DNA of 52,653 nucleotides from a virus: UHGV virus genome UHGV-0083175; one strand, 5' to 3'. Shown piece by piece: positions 46,213 to 52,653 of this stretch (position 1 is its first letter; each line of letters starts with the position of its first letter). The notes under the pieces were generated by a model. It saw only the letters and a program-made list of their open reading frames with translations, ran no database searches and was not told where the DNA came from. The position numbers and the translations under genes were made by a program.

Positions 46213-46385
46213 TTATTGCTGATAAGTTAATAAATACGGGCCGTCTGCCCTTACAGGCGGCCTGTATCAATGAAAACACAGTTTTCATTGGTCACTGCGA
46301 TCAGCAATTGCCATCTGGCATGTGCTGATTTAACTTTCTGTTATTACCTTTATTGGTTTTATTTTAAATTGGACTTTTATTGTTC

Positions 46386-46409
46386 GGGGCGCGTCTGCGC
46401 CCCTTTTTT
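46386..46409 (+). terminator. rho-independent terminator after the porin gene
   Basis: GGGGCGC-gtct-GCGCCCC followed by TTTTTT. Confidence 0.65.
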
Positions 46410-46421
46410 ATGGGCGGATAT

Positions 46422-47120
46422 ATGCAGGATATTCACGAAGAAAGCCTGAACGAGTCGGTTAAGTCAGAGCAGTCACCGCGGGTGGTGCTCTGGGAAATCG
46501 ACCTGACGGTGCAGGGCGGTGAGCGGTATTTTTTCTGCAATGAGCTGAATGAAAAAGGGGAGCCAGTGACCTGGCAGGGGCGTGAATATCAGGCGTACCC
46601 GATTGAGGGCAGCGGCTTTGAGATGAACGGAAAGGGCAGCAGTGCCCGCCCGTCGCTGACAGTGTCCAATCTTTTCGGGCTGGTCACCGGGATGGCGGAG
46701 GATTTGCAGAGCCTGGTGGGTGCCACGGTGGTCCGTCGCCGGGTGTATGCGCGTTTTCTGGATGCGGTGAATTTTGTGGCAGGCAATCCTGAGGCAGACC
46801 CGGAGCAGGAGCTGACGGACCGGTGGGTGGTGGAGCAGTTATCAGAGCTGACGGCCATGACGGCCTCGTTTGTGCTGGCGACACCGACGGAGACGGACGG
46901 TGCGCTGTTTCCCGGTCGCATCATGCTGGCGAACACCTGTATGTGGGATTACCGGGGCGATGAGTGCGGGTATAACGGTCCGGCAGTGGCGGATGAGTTC
47001 GACAACCCCACCACGGATATCCGGAAGGACAGATGCAGTAAATGCATGCGCGGGTGTGAGATGCGCGGCATGGCGGTCAATTTTGGCGGTTTCCTTTCCA
47101 TCAATAAACTTTCGCAGTAA
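46422..47120 (+). CDS. L: minor tail protein L
   Basis: MQDIHEESLNE...VVLWEIDLT...GGERYFFCNE...NFGGFLSINKLSQ is near-collinear with lambda gpL. Confidence 0.9.
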   Translation: MQDIHEESLNESVKSEQSPRVVLWEIDLTVQGGERYFFCNELNEKGEPVTWQGREYQAYPIEGSGFEMNGKGSSARPSLTVSNLFGLVTGMAEDLQSLVGATVVRRRVYARFLDAVNFVAGNPEADPEQELTDRWVVEQLSELTAMTASFVLATPTETDGALFPGRIMLANTCMWDYRGDECGYNGPAVADEFDNPTTDIRKDRCSKCMRGCEMRGMAVNFGGFLSINKLSQ

Positions 47121-47130
47121 ATCCTGTTTT

Positions 47131-47874
47131 ATGACACAGACTGAATCAGCGATTCTGGCGCATGCCCGGCGGTGTGCGCCAGCGGAGTCGTGCGGCTTCG
47201 TGATAAGCACCCCGGAGGGCGAACGGTACCAGCCCTGCGTGAATATCTCCGCAGAGCCGGAGGCGTATTTTCGTATTACACCGGAAGACTGGCTGCAGGC
47301 ACAGATGCAGGGGGAGATTGTGGCGCTGGTCCACAGTCATCCCGGTGGTCTGCCCTGGCTGAGCGAGGCGGACCGGCGGCTGCAGATAAAGAGTGCCCTG
47401 CCCTGGTGGCTGGTCTGCCGGGGTGAAATTCACCGGTTCCGCTGTGTGCCGCACCTGACCGGACGGCGCTTTGAACACGGTGTGACGGACTGTTACACCC
47501 TGTTCCGGGATGCATACCATCTGGCGGGGATAACGCTGCCGGATTTTGTGCGTGAGGATGACTGGTGGCGCAACGGCCAGAACCTGTACCTGGACAACCT
47601 GGCGGACAACGGCTTTTACCGGGTGTCTCCGTCCTGTGCACAGGCGGGCGATATCCTGCTGTGCTGCTTTGGCGCATCGGTGCCGAATCATGCCGCCATT
47701 TACTGTGGCAACGGTGAACTGCTTCACCATATACCTGAACAACTGAGTAAACGGGAGAGGTATTCTGAAAAATGGCAACGACGAACGCATTCTGTCTGGC
47801 GTCACCGCCACTGGTCCGCATCTGCCTTCACGGGGATTTACAACGATTTGGTCGCCGCATCAGCCTGTATGTGA
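47131..47874 (+). CDS. K: tail assembly protein K (JAB/MPN and NlpC/P60 domains)
   Basis: Internal ATG 47131 of ORF 46870..47874; AILAHARRCAPAESCGFV...HSHPGG...DCYTLFRDAYH aligns with lambda gpK. Confidence 0.85.
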   Translation: MTQTESAILAHARRCAPAESCGFVISTPEGERYQPCVNISAEPEAYFRITPEDWLQAQMQGEIVALVHSHPGGLPWLSEADRRLQIKSALPWWLVCRGEIHRFRCVPHLTGRRFEHGVTDCYTLFRDAYHLAGITLPDFVREDDWWRNGQNLYLDNLADNGFYRVSPSCAQAGDILLCCFGASVPNHAAIYCGNGELLHHIPEQLSKRERYSEKWQRRTHSVWRHRHWSASAFTGIYNDLVAASACM

Positions 47875-48452
47875 ACACGGCAGCGGAGGCCATCCGTGCC
47901 CTGTCGCTGCAGGTGCCGGGATTCCGCGGTCAGATGAACGAAGGCTGGTATCAGATACGTATTGCCGGTGAGGATACCGCACCGGAGGCGGTGTACGCCC
48001 GTCTTCACGAACAACTGGGTGAGGGAGCGGTCATCCACATTGTGCCGCGACTGGCCGGAGCCGGGGGAAATGGTGTTTTTCAGGTGGTGCTGGGGGCAGC
48101 AGCCATCGTGGGCTCTTTCTTCACCGCCGGTGCAACGATGGCGTTGTGGGGCGCAGCCCTGAGTGCCGGAGGGCTGACTGCCACCACGATGCTGTTCTCA
48201 CTGGGTGCCAGCATGATACTGGGTGGTGTGGCTCAGATGCTGGCCCCGAAGGCAAAGACGCCGGAGTATAAAAGTACGGATAACGGTAAACAGAACACGT
48301 ATTTTTCGTCACTGGACAACATGATTGCCCAGGGTAACCCGATGCCGGTGCCTTACGGTGAAATGCTGGTTGGTTCACGACGGATATCCCAGGATATCAG
48401 CACCCGTGATGAGGGCGGAGACGGGAAAGTGGTGGTTATCGGGCGGGGATAA
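47772..48452 (+). CDS. I: tail assembly protein I
   Basis: ICLHGDLQRFGRRI...GAVIHIVPR...FSLGASMILGGVAQMLAPKAKTP...NGKQNTYFSSLDNM aligns with lambda gpI. Confidence 0.85.
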   Translation: MATTNAFCLASPPLVRICLHGDLQRFGRRISLYVNTAAEAIRALSLQVPGFRGQMNEGWYQIRIAGEDTAPEAVYARLHEQLGEGAVIHIVPRLAGAGGNGVFQVVLGAAAIVGSFFTAGATMALWGAALSAGGLTATTMLFSLGASMILGGVAQMLAPKAKTPEYKSTDNGKQNTYFSSLDNMIAQGNPMPVPYGEMLVGSRRISQDISTRDEGGDGKVVVIGRG

Positions 48453-48454
48453 AA

Positions 48455-49095
48455 ATAAAAAAAATCCCGCAGAGTTAGCGGAGCTGCGGGAAATAACGAT
48501 GAAGATTAACGTTATGGAGTTATTTTTTTGGGCAGAAGAACAGTAACGCAGCGTCATTATTGCGGCTACAGGCAATTGCCGGAAGTGTGAATAAACTCAG
48601 AATTTTTATTCCGTTGTGGTGATGCCCGGGCTGGCCAGTGACGGGATAAAAAAATCCCGCAGAGTCCGGAGACTGCGGGACAGAACCGATGAAGATTAAC
48701 GTTCAAGGAGTTTTGTTTTTATTGACCCGAAAAAACTGTAACGCCCCGGAATGATATCTGCCACGGGAACGTACAGAAAATGTGAAGAAATTCAGACTTT
48801 TTCTGTCGCAGGTTTACAGAACGGATGACCGCCAGGGTACCAGTGGCGTAAATGAGCAGGATGTTGTGGTGTGGCTGAAGCAAAAAAATCTCCCGTAATA
48901 TCGCCGGATACTGACGGGAGACGAATAGTCACCTTAAGGAGGTCTGATAATTATTGCTTTTATTGAGCAAAAAAACTGTAACGCTGCGTCATTATAGTGG
49001 CTACAGGCAATTGCCGGAAATGTGAAGAATTTCAGAAATTTTATTCCGTCATGACACAGGCACCCTCCGGGGTGCCTGTCGTTTTCTGGCATAAA
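48455..49095. repeat. three ~190-235 bp repeat units with conserved hairpins between I and J
   Basis: Each unit: A-run + hairpin (TCCCGCAG...CTGCGGGA, or compensatory TCTCCCGT...ACGGGAGA), AACCGATGAAGATTAACGTT, AAAAAACTGTAACGC, and a conserved ~65-nt block in units 1 and 3. Confidence 0.6.
49056..49087 (+). terminator. hairpin with T-rich tail upstream of J
   Basis: ACAGGCACCC-tccg-GGGTGCCTGT followed by CGTTTTCT. Confidence 0.45.
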
Positions 49096-49129
49096 CAGAT
49101 TCAGACATCAGACAGGAGAGGGGGACAGA

Positions 49130-52100
49130 GTGGGTAAAGGGGGCGGCAAGGGGCACACACCGCGTGAGGCGAAGGACAATCTCAAATCCACGCAGATGAT
49201 GAGCGTGATTGATGCCATCGGTGAGGGACCGGTGGAAGGCCCGGTGAAGGGACTGCAGAGTATTCTGGTGAACAAAACCCCGCTGACGGACACGGACGGT
49301 AATCCCGTGATACACGGTGTGACCGCCGTCTGGCGTGCCGGGGAGCAGGAGCAGACACCGCCGGAAGGCTTTGAGTCCTCCGGGGCAGAAACCGCACTGG
49401 GCGTGGAGGTGACGAAGGCAAAGCCGGTGACGCGCACCATCACGTCAGCGAACATTGACCGTCTGCGGGTCACCTTCGGGGTGCAGTCACTGGTGGAGAC
49501 CACCTCAAAGGGTGACCGTAATCCCTCTTCTGTCCGGCTGCTGATTCAGCTTGAGCGTAACGGGCACTGGGTGACGGAGAAGGATATCACCATTAACGGC
49601 AAAACCACCTCGCAGTACCTGATGTCGGTGATTCTGAATAATCTCCCTGAGCGCCCCTTTAACATCCGGATGGTCAGGGAGACGGCGGACAGCACCACGG
49701 ACCAGCTGCAGAACAGAACGCTGTGGTCGTCATACACCGAAATCATCGATGTGAAACAGTGCTACCCGAACACGGCGATTGTGGGGCTGCAGGTGGATGC
49801 GGAGCAGTTTGGTGGCCAGCAGCTGACGGTGAACTACCATATCCGTGGTCGCATCATTCAGGTGCCGTCAAACTATGACCCGGAAAAACGCACCTACAGC
49901 GGTATCTGGGACGGCAGTCTGAAACCGGCATACAGCAATAACCCGGCCTGGTGCCTGTGGGACATGCTGACCCACCCGCGCTACGGCATGGGAAAACGCC
50001 TGGGGGCCGCGGATGTGGACAAGTGGGCACTGTATGCCATCGGGCAGTACTGCGACCAGACGGTCCCGGATGGTTTCGGGGGCACAGAGCCGCGGATGAC
50101 TTTCAATGCGTACCTGTCACAGCAGCGTAAGGTCTGGGATGTTCTGGGGGATTTCTGCTCGGCGATGCGCTGTATGCCGGTATGGAACGGCCAGACGCTG
50201 ACGTTCGTTCAGGACCGTCCGTCGGATGTGGTGTGGCCGTACACCAACAGCGATGTGGTGGTGGATGATAACGGCGTGGGGTTCCGCTACAGCTTCAGTG
50301 CCCTGAAGGACCGGCACACGGCGGTGGAGGTGAATTACACCGACCCGCAGAACGGCTGGCAGACTTCCACGGAACTGGTGGAAGACCCGGACGCCATCCT
50401 GCGCTACGGGCGCAATCTGCTGAAGATGGATGCGTTTGGCTGTACCAGCCGCGGTCAGGCCCACCGTGCCGGACTGTGGGTGATAAAGACAGAACTGCTG
50501 GAAACGCAGACGGTGGATTTCATGCTCGGGTCACAGGGGCTGCGGCACACGCCCGGTGACATCATTGAAATCTGTGATAACGACTACGCTGGGACCCTGA
50601 CCGGCGGACGTATCCTGTCCATGGATGCCGCCAGCCGTACCCTGACGCTGGACCGTGAGGTGACCCTGCCGGAGACAGGGACATCGACGGTGAACCTGAT
50701 TAACGGCAGCGGTAAGCCGGTGCGCGTGGACATCACCGCACACCCCGCCCCGGACCGGATACAGGTCAGCGTCCTGCCGGATGGCGTGGAGACATACGGT
50801 GTGTGGGGACTCTCCCTGCCGTCACTGCGTCGTCGCCTGTTCCGCTGTGTTTCCATCCGGGAAAACACGGACGGCACCTTTGCCATCACGGCGGTGCAGC
50901 ATGTGCCGGAAAAAGAAGCCATCGTGGATAACGGGGCCACCTTTGAGCCGCTCTCCGGTTCACTGAACAGCGTCATCCCGCCGGCTGTGCAGCACCTCAC
51001 GGTGGAGGTGAGTGCCTCAGACGGCCAGTATCTGGCGCTGGCGAAATGGGACACGCCGCGGGTGGTGAAGGGCGTGCGCTTCAGTCTGCGCCTGACCAGT
51101 GGCAGTGGTGAAAACAGCCGCCTGGTGACCAGCGCTATCACTGCCGACACGGAGCACCGTTTCAGTGGCCTGCCGCCCGGGGAATACACCCTGACGGTCA
51201 GGGCGATAAACAGCTACGGCCAGCAGGGCGAACCTGCCACCACCACGTTCCGGATTAACGCACCGGCAGCACCGGCCAGCATTGAACTGACGCCGGGGTA
51301 TTATCAGATAACGGCGGTCCCGCATCTTACGGTGTATGACCCGACGGTACAATTTGAATTCTGGTTTTCGGAGGCAAAAATCGCAGACACATCTCAGGTG
51401 GAAACCTCTGCCCGTTATCTGGGGACAGGCAGCCAGTGGAGTGTCTCCGGCCCGCACATTAAGCCGGGGAAGGATTTCTGGTTTTATGTGCGCAGCGTCA
51501 ACCTGGTGGGGAAATCTGCGTTTGTGGAAGCCAGTGGCCGGGCCAGCAATGATGCAGAAGGGTATCTGGGGCTGTTTCGGGAAAAGATAGGAAAACTGCA
51601 TCTGGCACAGGGGATGTGGGAGCTGATTGATAACAGCCAGCTTGATGATGAGATGGCGGAGATGAAGACCACCATCACCGAAACCCGCAATGAAATCACG
51701 CAGACGGTCAGTAAAACCCTGGAAGACCAGAGTGCCACCATACAGCAGATACAGCGGGTGCAGACAGGCACAAATCACGACCTGGCTGCGCTGTACATGC
51801 TGAAGGTGCAGAAAACGAAAAACGGCATTCCGTATGTTGCCGGTATTGGTGCGGGGATTGAGGATGCTGATGGCCAGCCCCTGAGCAATATTCTGCTGCA
51901 GGCGGACCGTATCGCGATGATTAACCCGGAGAACGGCAACACCACGCCGCTGTTTGTGGCGCAGGGGAATCAGCTGTTCATGAACGATGTGTTCCTGAAG
52001 CGACTGTTTGCAGTGAGCATCACCTCGTCCGGCAATCCCCCGACGTTCTCCCTGACGCCGGAGGGCAGGCTGACGGCCCGCAATGCGGACATCAGCGGAC

Positions 52101-52603
52101 ATATCAGTGCGAACTCGGGCACGCTCAATAATGTGACCATTAACCAGAACTGCCGGATACTTGGAAAACTGTCTGCCAACCAGATTGAAGGCGATATTGT
52201 TAAAACCGTGGGGAAGGCTTTCCCGCGGGACTCCCGCGCACCGGAGCGGTGGCCATCGGGGACCATTACCGTCAGGATTTATGACGATCAGCCTTTTGAC
52301 CGGCAAATTGTGATCCCGGCAGTGGCTTTCAGCGGCGCTAAACATGAGAGAGAGCATAACGATATTTATTCATCATGCCGGCTGATGGTGAAATGTAACG
52401 GCAGGGTGCTTTTTGAAAGGACGGCGCTGGCTGAGTCTCAGGTGTATTCAGGGGTGATTGATATGCCTGCAGGAAGGGGGCATATGACGCTGGAGTTTTC
52501 TGTGTCTGCCTGGCTGGTGAATGGATGGTACCCGACAGCGAGTATCAGCGATCTGCTGGTTGTCGTGATGAAGAAGTCCACGGCGGGTATCAGTATTTCG
52601 TGA
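49130..52603 (+). CDS. J: tail tip / host specificity protein J
   Basis: 1157 aa, GTG start; [22 protein letters not shown]...[33 protein letters not shown]... is collinear with lambda gpJ; divergent C-terminal receptor-binding region. Confidence 0.9.
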   Translation: MGKGGGKGHTPREAKDNLKSTQMMSVIDAIGEGPVEGPVKGLQSILVNKTPLTDTDGNPVIHGVTAVWRAGEQEQTPPEGFESSGAETALGVEVTKAKPVTRTITSANIDRLRVTFGVQSLVETTSKGDRNPSSVRLLIQLERNGHWVTEKDITINGKTTSQYLMSVILNNLPERPFNIRMVRETADSTTDQLQNRTLWSSYTEIIDVKQCYPNTAIVGLQVDAEQFGGQQLTVNYHIRGRIIQVPSNYDPEKRTYSGIWDGSLKPAYSNNPAWCLWDMLTHPRYGMGKRLGAADVDKWALYAIGQYCDQTVPDGFGGTEPRMTFNAYLSQQRKVWDVLGDFCSAMRCMPVWNGQTLTFVQDRPSDVVWPYTNSDVVVDDNGVGFRYSFSALKDRHTAVEVNYTDPQNGWQTSTELVEDPDAILRYGRNLLKMDAFGCTSRGQAHRAGLWVIKTELLETQTVDFMLGSQGLRHTPGDIIEICDNDYAGTLTGGRILSMDAASRTLTLDREVTLPETGTSTVNLINGSGKPVRVDITAHPAPDRIQVSVLPDGVETYGVWGLSLPSLRRRLFRCVSIRENTDGTFAITAVQHVPEKEAIVDNGATFEPLSGSLNSVIPPAVQHLTVEVSASDGQYLALAKWDTPRVVKGVRFSLRLTSGSGENSRLVTSAITADTEHRFSGLPPGEYTLTVRAINSYGQQGEPATTTFRINAPAAPASIELTPGYYQITAVPHLTVYDPTVQFEFWFSEAKIADTSQVETSARYLGTGSQWSVSGPHIKPGKDFWFYVRSVNLVGKSAFVEASGRASNDAEGYLGLFREKIGKLHLAQGMWELIDNSQLDDEMAEMKTTITETRNEITQTVSKTLEDQSATIQQIQRVQTGTNHDLAALYMLKVQKTKNGIPYVAGIGAGIEDADGQPLSNILLQADRIAMINPENGNTTPLFVAQGNQLFMNDVFLKRLFAVSITSSGNPPTFSLTPEGRLTARNADISGHISANSGTLNNVTINQNCRILGKLSANQIEGDIVKTVGKAFPRDSRAPERWPSGTITVRIYDDQPFDRQIVIPAVAFSGAKHEREHNDIYSSCRLMVKCNGRVLFERTALAESQVYSGVIDMPAGRGHMTLEFSVSAWLVNGWYPTASISDLLVVVMKKSTAGISIS

Positions 52604-52653
52604 TCATGAGGAGCCGGATTGCCGGAAGGAGACAAAAACCGTACATTATGCGC

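Noticed and set aside
51017-52357. 446-aa minus-strand ORF within J, plus similar long minus-strand ORFs at 40595..41311, 30801..31562 and 33940..34833
   Set aside because: All are antisense to well-supported structural genes in GC-rich DNA and have no RBS or recognisable motifs.

Overview
This window is about 52.6 kb of a lambdoid prophage from an enterobacterial (E. coli-like) genome, organised like an Stx-converting phage but with no stx genes. All calls rest on reading the supplied ORF translations and the raw sequence; no database search or folding was run. Left to right: early regulators (Cro/YdaS-like, CII-like), replication genes (DUF1376/DnaT-like and lambda-P-like), a nin-type region (Hok toxin, DUF968, RusA, Q-like antiterminator), a candidate late promoter/terminator pair, and a long moron-rich late leader (AT-rich membrane protein, DNA methyltransferase, two tRNAs, a TolA-domain-III lipoprotein where stx would sit, an AraC-family regulator, four paralogous structured repeat units, NanS-p-like esterase). 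Then a lysis cassette (S21-type pinholin, SAR endolysin, Rz/Rz1) carrying an unusual two-gene convergent insert, a TonB-C-terminal-domain lipoprotein, HNH/cos/terS/terL packaging genes, HK97-type head genes and lambda-type tail genes (V, G/GT, H, M, porin moron, L, K, I, J). The most striking feature is that terL is split by a ~9.5 kb P4/PICI-like satellite (integrase, AlpA, operator, primase-helicase, iteron origin, SSB, PerC-like regulator, its own cos-like site, terS and a major-capsid-protein homolog). Several other candidates for undescribed biology are listed in the findings.
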